Assembly (NCBI GenBank): GCA_027923505.1
Contig: BROI01000006.1
Coordinates: 992,001-1,056,000 of the forward strand
DNA length: 64,000 bases
Source of the DNA: Mayamaea pseudoterrestris
Taxonomy: Eukaryota
Direction: 5' to 3'
Positions within the stretch are counted from its first letter, which is position 1; each line of letters opens with the position of its first letter. Positions 37,894 to 52,300 of the stretch are shown piece by piece. A program made the translations under genes and the position numbers. Under the pieces are notes generated by a model that saw nothing but the letters and a program-made list of their open reading frames with translations, had not been told where the DNA came from and ran no database searches.

Positions 37894-38640
37894 ATGTCTT
37901 CCGCCAATTACTTCAAGACTCTATTGTACCGCCAATTGGCTGGCTTCCGACGCACGCTTTCGAGCGAGGCCGTATGGATCGTTCCCGCTGGTCTTGGCGC
38001 TGGATGGCTCCTTTGGCCGGCCATGGACCATGAATGGAAGATGGAACTGGGACTGGCACGCGATCCTGACGCCGAAATGTTCAAGGTGCAAGAAATGAAG
38101 AAGCAGCGTTACGAAGCCAAGTTTGGCAAGAGTATGGACGCCAAGGATGAAGACGAAGAGGAGGAAGATGAGCCTGAAGATGACGAGGAGGAAAAGGAGG
38201 ACGGACCTGAAGAGGAAGCACCAGAGGAAGAGTCCGAGGAGGAAGGAATTGGCGGAGGTGATGATGATGCCAATGACACGGGCGACGATGACGACGATGC
38301 TGCTGGCGACGACGAGGAAGAGGAGGAAGAAGAAGAAGAATCACCAATTCAAGTGCCGCCCCTCTACGTTCCCACCAAGGGCAAGCTTACGCCAGAACAA
38401 GTGTGGGACAATTACACAATCAGGGTATGTATCGAGTGTAGGTGAGAGGTGCTGTTTGTGCGTCGATTCGCTGTCTAATTGGTTCTTGTTTTCTTAGGCG
38501 GTCAACTGGTTGGCAGACGACGATGATGACGAGGATGAAGGTACGTATTGTCGCATCGAAGGTTTTAAGTTTGTTAGCATATCAAATGACTCACTCTTTA
38601 ACGTTGCTGCATTTGTATCGATGCAGAGGATGACGAGTAA
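37894..38640 (+). CDS. Small single-TM protein with a long D/E-rich tail, possibly a small mitochondrial respiratory-complex subunit; exons 37894-38424, 38498-38540 and 38627-38640
   Basis: N-terminal AVWIVPAGLGAGWLLWPAM helix. Two GT-AG introns give an in-frame product ending EDDE*. The family assignment is tentative. Confidence 0.7.
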
Positions 38641-38993
38641 GCAATCGAGGATGGTTATGTTGGCATCCCGGCGTTTGCCTCGCTTGATCAAATTCATTGG
38701 GGTACAACCATAACTTGCTAATGAATCGTTGCTTGCGTTTATGTATAAACCAACTTTGTTGGTATAGGAGTAGGTTGCCTCATGGGCGAAGGGCCTTAGC
38801 TGATGTGCGAATGGGTGACGCATGTCGCGTCATGCATCGTCGCCGCATCACAGTCAATGCGGCAAAACCATGACAAAAGCGGCCGTCAATCCAACTCGCT
38901 GTACTCGTATAATATCAGCCAAAAAGTCGAGACGATATACTACAAGCACGATTGTTGTTGAATAAACTGAGTCCGAGGACAAGATAAATCATC

Positions 38994-39776
38994 ATGCCGC
39001 CGTTTCCAAATGCAACTCCCTCCATCATGATTTTCTTCTGCATCACGCACCTCCTTCTTGCATCGGCATTCGCCTTTACAACCAGCCCCAACCTTCCACA
39101 TCGCCATACACATACACAAACAAACTCCAAGACTGCACTCTCCATGGGTTTGACTCTCTACGGACATCCAGGAACTCGATCGCCCCTCTGCAACTGGGCG
39201 GCCAACGAACTGGGCGTGACGCTTCAGGCTGGCGATTTGCATCAGAATCCTCATCCCTTTCATCAACTCCCATGCTTGACGGACGATAATGACGTGCTCG
39301 TCTTTGAATCGGGCGCCATTCTCGCCTACTTGGTGCAGCATTACGGAGACGATAAACTTTCAAAGGCCGACAAGGCTTCCATCCTTGCGTGGATTGTATG
39401 GGCAAATGCAAGTTTGGATGGCATCTGCTTCAAGGAAACGCCCGACGGCAAGGTGTATGACACTGCATTACGAAACGCCAGCAACCAAAAGATGGCTCGA
39501 CTCGATAGCATTCTGCAGGAGCAAAAATATTGCTTGGTGCCGTCGGTTGGATTCAGTGTGGCGGACGTTGCCGTCGCTTCCTACTTGCTGTATGCGCTCC
39601 AGTTCTTTCCAGACTTGGACATGAGTCCATGGCCGGCCGTCAAGGAATACATGAAGCAATCTGCTAGTCGATCTGCCTATGGAGCAGCGTTTGGAGCGGC
39701 GGTGCAGTCGAAGCTGGTGAGTGCCCTTTCGAGCGATGTTCCGCCGACCAAGAAGAAGCTTTTTGGTGTATTGTAA
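38994..39776 (+). CDS. Glutathione S-transferase family protein, probably plastid-targeted
   Basis: LTLYGHPGTRSP, NPHPFHQLPCL, VFESGAILAYL and FSVADVAVASYL. Signal peptide with ASAFAF. Confidence 0.9.
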   Translation: MPPFPNATPSIMIFFCITHLLLASAFAFTTSPNLPHRHTHTQTNSKTALSMGLTLYGHPGTRSPLCNWAANELGVTLQAGDLHQNPHPFHQLPCLTDDNDVLVFESGAILAYLVQHYGDDKLSKADKASILAWIVWANASLDGICFKETPDGKVYDTALRNASNQKMARLDSILQEQKYCLVPSVGFSVADVAVASYLLYALQFFPDLDMSPWPAVKEYMKQSASRSAYGAAFGAAVQSKLVSALSSDVPPTKKKLFGVL

Positions 39777-39905
39777 GGAATGAACTACCGGCAAACTAGT
39801 GACAGAATAGAGTTCATAAATCTATATACAAGATGTCTATACACTATGTACAAGCTTATTCATAGTATTCTTAAGGCCATGCGCCAGCCAACTCGCATTG
39901 TCTTA

Positions 39906-41234
39906 CTACACAGTCGTTTGCGTCAAATGCATCCATCCACTCAGCATGACGAGCAACGTACCCAGCACATGCGCCCACGGCATTGGTTTGCCACGACCCT
40001 TCTCGCCTCCCATTAGTGACTCAATGACGCCGGCCAAGACGAGTCCAAACATGAGAGCAAATCCCTTGCTCACGGCGCCAGTGTGCTTGTGCACCAAGAC
40101 GGTCAAGACGCCGCCGAGTGCCTTGGAAACGACTGGATACCAGGTTTGATATGTCCAACCGTCAAAGAATGCAGTCGAGGTCTGCTTCATCTGCTGTGGT
40201 CCAACGTGTTTTCGCTTTCTACTTTGACGTTTCGTCGCAGCAATGACGGCGCGACTCACTGCCAGCGTCAAGGCCGAATACAGCGACACCTCCATGGCGT
40301 AAACGTAGGCGTTCCTTCCAAAGCTGCCAGTCGCCTGCACGCCCTTTTGACTCAGTGCACCCGCCAGTCCCGACAAGAGGGTGGCAGTGGCGCACGGCAA
40401 GACGCCCAACCAAAAGCGTTCCTGGCGTATTTTGGTAGTTGCGCCGGCAGCCGTAGCAGCATCGTTTGTCTTGGTCGTTTTGCTTGAGTTACTCTTCACT
40501 GTCGCATCATTGTCTCGCTGAAATAGCAGTGCACTAAAAAACAAGACACTGAGAGCCAGCATTTGCCGTAACGATTGCGACTTGTTGAGCAACAAGTAGC
40601 ACCACAGTGCGGCGCTCAGCGTCTTGGTTTGCGACAAGCCGTTAAAGGCTATCGCGTCAAGCTTTTGGTGCGAAACGTACTGCAGCACGTTTTGCAACGC
40701 ATATAATGCCGCAGGTAATCCAGCCACGACGAGACTGCTAGACAGTAGTGAGACTGCAGCAGTCTTGTCGGTCAAAACGTTTGCAACCTGCGAAACGACT
40801 GGCATCCACTTTTGCCGACTTGCCGTGGTCAGTAGCAATACACCTGCCAGTGAAGCTTTGGTGATTTCCTCCACGAGTGCGACTGACGTTGTAGAGACTG
40901 ACTTTGCAATGTATTTCTTGGATAGTCGTGGTTGGAGTGCGTAATGAACGGCTAAGAGCAGCATGTAGAAAATGCTCATGGGAGTGAGCGATGTAGAGGA
41001 AGGATGCTGCAATACATGCTGATACAAGGCTGCTGTTCCTCCTAGTAATGAAACGGGTGCAGCGACTTGTCGGATCCAATAGTGTTGGTGATGCGAATTG
41101 TTTAGGAGTACGTCGTTGGATATTTTTGTCATCCATAAAGGTGGTCGAAACGAAGATGATGAAAGAGTAATTTGATTTCTCTTTGATTTCCCTTGCGTCT
41201 TTCCTTTTGCTATGAATGGATGTTGCTGCATCAT
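39906..41234 (-). CDS. Nucleotide-sugar transporter (SLC35A, UDP-galactose/CMP-sialic acid transporter-like)
   Basis: Multi-TM protein with EEITKA, LPAALYALQNVLQY, LSQTKTLSAAL, LSGLAGALSQK and GGVLTVLVHKHTGAVSKGFA. Start codon uncertain. Confidence 0.85.
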   Translation of the reverse strand: MMQQHPFIAKGKTQGKSKRNQITLSSSSFRPPLWMTKISNDVLLNNSHHQHYWIRQVAAPVSLLGGTAALYQHVLQHPSSTSLTPMSIFYMLLLAVHYALQPRLSKKYIAKSVSTTSVALVEEITKASLAGVLLLTTASRQKWMPVVSQVANVLTDKTAAVSLLSSSLVVAGLPAALYALQNVLQYVSHQKLDAIAFNGLSQTKTLSAALWCYLLLNKSQSLRQMLALSVLFFSALLFQRDNDATVKSNSSKTTKTNDAATAAGATTKIRQERFWLGVLPCATATLLSGLAGALSQKGVQATGSFGRNAYVYAMEVSLYSALTLAVSRAVIAATKRQSRKRKHVGPQQMKQTSTAFFDGWTYQTWYPVVSKALGGVLTVLVHKHTGAVSKGFALMFGLVLAGVIESLMGGEKGRGKPMPWAHVLGTLLVMLSGWMHLTQTTV

Positions 41235-41284
41235 TTCTATATGAAGGAGTCTGTAGGTGTGAAGAGGCGGATCAGATATGATGA

Positions 41285-43538
<2,254 letters not shown>

Positions 43539-43584
43539 AAAGTTTTCAGGTTGGTCAATGCAAAAGTTAGTGTCGGTTTGTGTT

Positions 43585-43690
43585 GCTGTGCGGGAGCCAT
43601 GTTGCTGAGATCTGTCCACCTTGAATTGTTAAATTGGTGTACTGTACCGCTTGAACCTGATCCAAGTTAGTACTTGCGGAGGGAAACAGC
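43585..43690 (+). ncRNA. TPP riboswitch aptamer in the THIC 3' UTR
   Basis: P1 GCTGT...ACAGC, P2 GCGG...CCGC, CTGAGA, TGAACCTGATC, P5 CAAGT-TAGT-ACTTG and CGGAGGGAA. Starts about 46 nt after the thiC stop. Confidence 0.92.
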
Positions 43691-43894
43691 TCATAAACCA
43701 TTGTTAGTAAGAAAAGTTAATTTATTAATGCAGTTGTTGCTATGTATAGCAAAGAAACTTTGGACATAATAGCTTCCATGGGAGCTGAGTAGTGAAAAGT
43801 TCTTCCCAATAGTGGCAGCCAGCTACTGTGGACAAGCCTGGGGCCATGAAATTAAGGCTGTCCCTGTGACAGAACTTGGAGACAAGATGGGCTA

Positions 43895-44430
43895 GTGATG
43901 AATGCATTGCACTTTCTACATCATGAAACAATGCCTGTCAACTGCCAGCTATCAAGTTATACGTCTACCACTGATACCACGTGGCTAGCGCCAATGGGCC
44001 GTTGTTTCTTCCTCCCGAAAAACCATGGAATGCCACTCGCCGTCGGTTTCAACCCAGGCAATTGCCGTTCCGGCTTGGAGCTTCGCAATCATTGCATTGA
44101 GTTTACAGGACTACCGGAAGAAGTCTACAACTGGATGCTGGAGAACCCTCTCTTGGACATGTGGCTACAGGGTTGTCGCATAAGCCCAGAGCTCCTCCAA
44201 GTGGACACCGTCTTTCTGTCGCAGGTGGCGGACACTTGGAACGAGTGGAAGACTCTTCAGACGCGAGCCTCTTTCGACACGTTTAATCAGCCAGACTTGA
44301 CCCTTCGCAGTCGGGTAATCTGGGATCATCTCATCCACACATTGGAGGGTACATGGCCAGAAAAATTGAAGCAATTGGGCGCGCACGCAATGGACATTTT
44401 CGACAGGTCGCCAGAAATCGCACGTTTCCA
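43895..44430 (+). pseudogene. Coding-like fragment of unknown origin, cut off by satellite B
   Basis: About 175 codons of globular-looking sequence (RCFFLPKNHGMPLAVGF...IWDHLIHTL) that read directly into the 169-bp repeat. No family recognised. Confidence 0.35.
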
Positions 44431-46150
44431 CCATTCTGGTGTGATTTGGGTGTATATAGGGCATGTTATAGGGGCAATTGAATGTCACGGCATCTGCAGG
44501 CTGAGACTGGTGACAAGTTGTCACCAAATACATTGCAGTCTACTGAGACACCCCCCAGGCATGCCATCTTGTAGCGCAGAATGAATGATGATGTTGGCAC
44601 CACTCTGGTGTGATTTGGGCGTATACAGGGCATGTTATATGGGCAAGTGATTGTCAAGGCATCTGCAGGTGGAGACTGGTGAGAAGTTCTCACCAGTCAC
44701 ATTGCAGTCTACTGAGACACCAGCCATGCATATCATTATGTAGCACAGACGGAATAATGATGTTGGCACCATTCTGGTGTAATATGGGCAGCTACAGGGC
44801 TTGCTGTATGATAGGGGCGTTTGAATGTCACGGCATCTGCGGGCTGAGACTGGTGACAAGTTGTCACCAAATACATTGCCATCCCCTGAGACACCAGCCA
44901 AGCCTACCATCTTGTAGCGCAGCCTACATAATGATGTTGGCACCATTCTGGTGGAATTTGGGCACCTACAGGGCTTGCTGTAGGGGCGTTTGAATGTCAC
45001 GGCATCTGCAGGCCGAGACTGGTGACAAGTTGTCACCAAATACATTGCCATCCCCTGAGACAACACACAAGCCTACCATCTTGTAGCGCAGCCTATATAA
45101 TGATGTTGGCACCATTCTGGTGTAATTTGGGCACCTACAGGGCTTGCGGTAGGGCAATGGAATGACACCGCATCTGCAGGCTGAGACTGGTGACAAGTTG
45201 TCACCAAATACATTGCCATCCCCTGAGACACCAGCCAAGCCTACCATCTTGTAGCGCAGCCTATATAATGATGTTGGCACCATTCTGGTGTAATTTATGC
45301 ACGTACAGGGCTTGCGGTAGGGCAATGGAATGACACCGCATCTGCAGGCTGAGACTGGTGACAAGTTGTCACCAAATACATTGCCATCCCCTGAGACACC
45401 AGCCAAGCCTACCATCTTGTAGCGCAGCCTGAATAATGATGTTGGCACCATTCCAGTGTAATTTGGGCACCTGCAGGGCTGGCTGTAGAGGCATTTGAAT
45501 GTCACGGCATCTGGGGGCTGAGACTGGTGACAAGTTGTCACCAAATACATTGACATCCCCTGAGACAACTGCCAAGCCTACCATCTTGTAGCGCAGCTGG
45601 AATAATGATGTTGGCACCTTTCTAGTGTAATTTGGGCACCTACAGGGCTTGCGGGACGGTGACAAGTTGTCACCAAATACATTGCCATCCCCTCAGACAC
45701 CAGATAAGCCTACCATTTTGTAGCGCAGCCTGAATAATGATGTTGGCAGCATTCCGGTGTGTTTTGGGTGTATACAGGGTATGTTATAGGGGCAATTGAA
45801 TGACACGGCATCTGGGGGCTGAGACTGGTGACAAGTTGTCACCAAATACATTGACATCCCCTGAGACAACTGCCAAGCCTACCATTTTGTAGCGCAGCCT
45901 GAATAATGATGTTGGCAGCATTCCAGTGTAATTTGGGCACCTACAGGGCTTGCTGGAGAGGCGTTTGAATGTCACAGCATCTGCAGGCTGAGACTGGTGA
46001 CAAGTTGTCACCAAATACATTGCCATCCCCTGAGACACCTGCCAAGCCTACCATCTTGTAGCGCAGCCTAAATAATAATGTTGTCAGCATTCCGGTGTGA
46101 TTAATAGGTTGCACTTGCAGAGGCTTGTTGAAGGGCATTTGAATGTCACG
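44430..46150. repeat. Satellite B, left arm (169-bp unit)
   Basis: Recurring GAGACTGGTGACAAGTTGTCACCAAATACATTGCCATCCCCTGAGACACC. Confidence 0.95.
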
Positions 46151-49100
46151 GCATCCTGGGCCTGTGATGACTCGCATCCCATGAGTCTACATTTTTGGCA
46201 GTTATGAGATCCAAGCCATTCAACTGGTAAGTCAATCCAACATGAGTCCACCATTTTGTATTTGGGACAATCCAATCCAAGGAGCATCACTTACTTCGCA
46301 GTAGAGATTGATCCATCACCACAAGCCATCCCATGTGTACTTGCGGGTTACGGTCAATGCACCGCATCCTGCCGTTGATGATTCACATCCCATGTGTCTA
46401 CGAGATTGCCAAGCCAATTTTTGCCAGCCTGAATAAGATGTGCAGCATTCCGTTGTAATTTGGGCACCTGCAGGGCTTGTATAAGGGGCGTTTGAATGTC
46501 ACAATCGGGCTGAGACTGGTGACAAGTTGTCACCAAAACATTGCCATCCCCTGAGACACCAGCCAGGGCCCACCATCTTGTATTTTGGGACAATCAATCC
46601 AAGGATCATTGCTAACTTGCAGTAGAGATTGATCCATCCAAGGAGTTTATGTAAACTTGCGGTTATGGTCAATGCACCCCGCATCCCATGGGTCCATGTT
46701 GATGATTCACATCCCATGTGTCTACATTTTTTGGCAGTTATGATTGATCCAAGCCATGGGTTCAACTTATTTTGTGGTTAAGGTCAATCCAAGCCATGAG
46801 TCCACCCTATTTTGTATTTAGGGACAATCCAATCCAAGGAGCATCACTTACTTGCAGTAGAGATTGATCCATCCAAAGAGTTCATGTTAACTTGCGGTTA
46901 TGGTCAATGCACCCCGCATCCCATGGGTCCATGTTGATGACTCGCATCCCATGTGTCTACTTTTATGGCAGTTATGATTGACCCAAGCCATGGGTTCAAC
47001 TTAATTTGTGGTTAAGGTCAATCCAAGCCATGAGTCCACCCTATTTTGTATTTAGGGACAATCCAATCCAAGGACCATTGCTAACTTGCAGTAGAGATTG
47101 ATCCATCCAAGGAGTTCATGTTTACTTGCGGTTATGGTCAATGCACCCCGCATCCCATGGGTCCATGTTGATGACTCGCATCCCATGTGACTACTTTTTT
47201 GGCAGTTATGATTGACCCAAGCCATGGGTTCATCTTAATTTGTGGTTAAGGTCAATCCAAGCCATGAGTCCACCCTATTTTGTATAAGGGACAATCCAAT
47301 CCAATCCAATCCAAGGATCATCGCTTACTTGCAGTAGAGTTTGATTCATCCAAGGAGTTCATGTTAACTTGCGTTTATGGTCAATGCACCCCCAATCCTA
47401 TGGGTCCATGTTGATGACTCGCATCCCATGTGTCTACATATTTTGGCAGTTATGATTGATCCAAGCCATGGGTTCATCTTAATTTGTGGTTAAGGTCAAT
47501 CAAAGCTATGCGTCAACCCTATTTTGTATTTAGGGACAATCCAATCCAAGGATCATTGCTAACTTGCAGTAGAGATTGATCCATCCAAAGAGTTCATGTT
47601 AACTTGCGGTTATGGTCAATGCATCCCGCATCCCATGGGTCCATGTTGATGACTCGCATCCCATGGGTCTACATTTTTTGGCAGTTATGATTGATCCAAG
47701 CCATGGGTTCAACTTAATTTGTGGTTAAGGTCAATCCAAGCCATGAGTCCACCCTACTTTGTATTTAGGGACAATCCAATCCAAGGATCATTGCTTACTT
47801 GCAGTAGAGATTGATCCATCCAAAGAGTTCATGTTGACTTGCGTTCATGGTCAATGCACCCCGCATCCCATGGGTCCATGTTGATGACTCGCATCCCATG
47901 TGTCTACTTTTATGGCAGTTATGATTGACCCAAGCCATGGGTTCAACTTAATTTGTGGTTAAGGTCAATCCAAGCCATGAGTCCACCCTATTTTGTACTT
48001 AGGGACAATCCAATCCAAGGATCATCACTTACTTGCAGTAGAGATTGATCCATCCAAGGAGTTCATGTTTTTGCGTTTATGGTCAATGCACCCCGCATCC
48101 CATGGGTCCATGTTGATGACTCGCATCCCATGTGTCTACTTTTTTGGCAGTTATGATTGACCCAAGCCATGGGTTCATTTTAATTTGTGGTTAAGGTCAA
48201 TCCAAGCCATGAGTCCACCCTATTTTGTATTTAGGGACAATCCAATCCAAGGACCATTGCTAACTTGCAGTAGAGATTGATCCATCCAAGGAGTTCATGT
48301 TTACTTGTGGTTATGGTCAATGCACCCCACATCCCATGGGTCCGTGTTGATGATTCACATCCCATGGGTCTACATTTTTTGGCAGATATGATTGATCCAA
48401 GCCATGGGTTCAACTTAATTTGTGGGTAAGGTCAATCCAAGCCATGAATCCACCCTATTTTGTATTTAGGGACAATTCAATCCAATCCAATCCAATCCAA
48501 GGATCATTGCTGACTTGCAGTAGAGATTGATCCATCCAAAGAGTTCATGTTGACTTGTGTTTATGGTCAATGCACCCCGCATCCCATGGGTCCATGTTGA
48601 TGACTCGCATCCCATGTGTCTACATTTTTTGGCAGTTATGATTGATCCAAGCCATGGGTTCATCTTATTTTGTGGTTAAGGTCAATCCAAGCCATGAGTC
48701 CACCCTATTTTGTATTTAGGGACAATCCAATCCAAGGATCATCGCTTACTTGCAGTAGAGATTGATTCACCCAAGGAGTTCATGTTAACTTGCGTTTATG
48801 GTCAATGCACCCCCAATCCTATGGGTCTATGTTGATGACTCGCATCCCATGTGTCTACATTTTTAGGCAGTTATGATTTACCCAAGCCATGGGTTCAACT
48901 TAATTTGTGGTTAAGGTCAATCCAAGCCATGAGTCATCCCTTTTTTGTATTTTGGGACAATCCAATCCAAGGACCAGTGCTCACTTGCAGTAGAGATCAA
49001 TCCACGCAAGGAGTTCATGTTAACTTGCGTTTATGGTCAATGCACCCCGCATCCCATGGGTCCATGTTGATGACTCGCATCCCATGTGTCTACATTTTTT

Positions 49101-49397
49101 GGCAGTTATGATTGATCCAAGCCATGGGCTCAATTTATTTTGTGGTTAAGGTCAATCCAAGCCATGAGTCCATCCTCTGTTGTATTAAGGGACAATCCAA
49201 TCCAAGGATCATTGCTAAAGTGTGGTAGAGATTGATCCATCCAAGCAGTTTCTGTTAACTTGTGGTTATGGTCAATGCACCCCGCATCCCATGGGTCCAT
49301 GTTGATGATTTGCATCCCATGTGTCTACATTTTTTGGCAGTTATGATTGATCCAAGCCATGGGTTCATCTTAATTTGTGGTTAAGGTCAATCCAAGC
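46150..49397. repeat. Satellite C (~234-235-bp unit, ~12 copies) nested inside satellite B, with a mixed B/C zone at 46150-46600
   Basis: AAGCCATGGGTTCA recurs at 46751, 46985, 47219, 47463, 47698 and 47932. Some units carry (CCAAT)n expansions. Confidence 0.95.
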
Positions 49398-49399
49398 CA

Positions 49400-52300
49400 A
49401 GCCAAACCATCTTTTAGCATAGGAATAACTGATGTTGGTATGTCAGCATTCTGGTGTGATTTGGGTAGCTACAGGGCTTGTTGTAGGGGCGTTTGTATGT
49501 CACAGCATCTGCGGGCTGTGACTGGTGACAAGTTGTCACCAAATACATTGCCATCCCCTGAGACACCAGCCAAGCCTACCATCTTGTAGCGCAGTCAGAA
49601 TAATGATGTTGGCACCATTCTGGTGTAATTTGGGCACCGACAGGGCCTGCTGTAGGGGCAATTGAATGACACAACATCTGTGGGCTGACACTGGTGACAA
49701 GTTGTCACCAAATACATTGCCATCCCCTGAGACACCAGCCAAGAATACCATCTTGTAGCGCAGCTAAAATAATGATGTTGGCACCATTCTGGTGGAATTT
49801 AAGCAGCTACAGGGCTTGCAGTAGGGGCATTTGAATGTCACGGCATCTGCGGGCTGAGACTGATGACAAGTTGTCATTAAATACATTGCCATCCCCTGAG
49901 ATACCAGCCAAGCCCACCATCTTGTCGCGCAGCCTGAAGAATGATGTTGGCAGCATTCCTGTGTAATTTGGGCACCTACAGGGCTTGCTGTAGGGGCGTT
50001 TGTATGTCACAGCATCTGTGGGCTGAGACTGGTGACAAGTTGTCACCAAATACATTGCCATCCCCTGAGACACCAGCCAAGCCTACCATCTTGTAGCGCA
50101 GCCAGAATAATGATGTTGACACCATTCTGGTGTAAATTGGGCACCTACAAGGCTTGCGGTAGGGGCGTTTGAATGTCACGGCATCTGCGGGCTGAGACTG
50201 GTGACAAGTTGTCACCAAATACATTGCCATCCCCTGAGACACCAGCCAAGCCTACCATCTTGTAGCGCAGCCTGAATAATGATGTTGGCACCATTCTGGT
50301 GTAATTTGGGTGTATACAGGGCATGTTATAGGGGCAATGGAATGTTACGGCATCTGGGGGCTGAGACTGGTGACAAGGTGTCACCAAATACATTGCCATC
50401 CCCTGAGACACCAGCCAGGCCTACCATCTTGTAGCGGGGACTGCAGAATGATGTTAGCGCCATTCTGGTGGAATTTGGGCAGCTACAGGGCTTGCAGTAG
50501 GGGCCTTTGAATGTAATGGCATCTGCAGGCTGAGACTGGTGACAAGTTGTCACCAAATACATTGCCATCCCCTGAGACACCAGCCAAGCCTACCATCTTT
50601 TAGCGCAGCCTGAATAATGATGTTGGCAGCATTCCGGTGTGATTTGGGTGTATACAGGGCATGTTATAGGGGCAATTGAATGACATGGCATTTGAGGGCT
50701 GAGACTGGTGACAAGTTGTCACCAAATACATTGCCATCCCCTGAGACACCAGCCAAGCCTACCATCTTGTAGCGCAGCCTGCATAATGATGTTGGCGCCA
50801 TTCTGGTGGAATTTGGGCACCTACAGGGCATGTTATAGGGGCAATTGAATGACATGGCATTTGAGGGCTGAGACTGGTGACAAGTTGTCACCAAATACAT
50901 TGCCATCCCCTGAGACACCAGCCAAGCCTACCATCTTGTAGCGGGGACTGCAGAATGATGTTAGCGCCATTCTGGTGGAATTTGGGCAGCTACAGGGCTT
51001 GTAGTAGGGGCCTTTGAATGTAATGGCATCTGCGGGCTGAGACTGATGACAAGTTGTCATTAAATACATTGCCATCCCCTGAGATACCAGCCAAGCCCAC
51101 CATCTTGTCGCGCAGCCTGAAGAATGATGTTGGCAGCATTCTGGTGTAATTTGGGCACCTGCAGGGCATGTTATAGGGGCATTTGAATGTCAAGGCATCT
51201 GCGGGCTGAGACTGGTGACAAGTTGTCACCAAATACATTGCCATCCCCTGAGACACCAGCCAAGCCTACCATCTTGTAGCGCAGCCAGAATAATGATGTT
51301 GGCACCATTCCAGTGTGATTTGGGTGTATACAGGGCATGTTATAGGGGCAATGGAATGTCACGGCATCTGGGGGCTGAGACTGGTGACAAGTTGTCACCA
51401 TATACATTGCCATCCCCTGAGACACCAGCCAAGCCTACCATCTTGTAGCGCAGCCGGAATAATGATGTTGGCACCATTCTGGTGTAATTTGGGCACCTAC
51501 AGGGCCTGCTGTAGTGGCGTTGGAATGTCACGGCATCTGCGGGCTGAGACTGGTGACAAGTTGTCACCAAATACATTGCCATCCCCTGAGACACCAGCCA
51601 AGCTCATCATCTTGTAGCGCAGCCTGAATAATGATGTTGGCACCATTCTGGTGTAATTTGGGCACGTGCAGGGCTTGCGGTAGGGCGTTTAAATGTCACA
51701 GCATCTGCGGGCTGAGACTGTGACAAGTTGTCACCAAATACATACATTGCCATCCCCTGAGACACTAGCCAAGCCTACCGTCTTGTAGCGCAGCCTGAAT
51801 AATGATGTTGGCACCATTCTGGTGTAATTTGGGCACCTACAGAGCTTGCTGTAGGGGCGTTTGAATGTCACGGCATATGAGGGCTGAGACTGGTGACAAG
51901 TTGTCACCAAATACATTGCCATCCCCTGAGACACCAGCCAAGCCTACCATCTTGTAGCGCAGCCTGAATAATGATGTTGGCACCATTCTGGTGTAATTTG
52001 GGCACCTGCAGGGCATGTTATAGGGGCATTTGAATGACAAGGCATCTGTGGGCTGAGACTGGTGACAAGTTGTCACCAAATGCATTGCCGTCCCCTGAGA
52101 CACCAGCCAAGCCTACCATCTTGTAGCACAGCCGGAATAATGATGTTGGCACCATTTTGGTGTAATATGGGAACCCACAGGGCTTGCGGTGGGGATGTTT
52201 GAATGACATGGCATTTGGGGGCTGAGACTGGTGACAAGTTGTCACCAAATACATTGCCATCCCCTGAGACAGCAGCCAAGCCTACCATCTTGTAGCGCAG

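Noticed and set aside
46600..49397. TTTAGGG in satellite C as telomeric repeat
   Set aside because: At most one copy per ~235-bp unit and never tandem.
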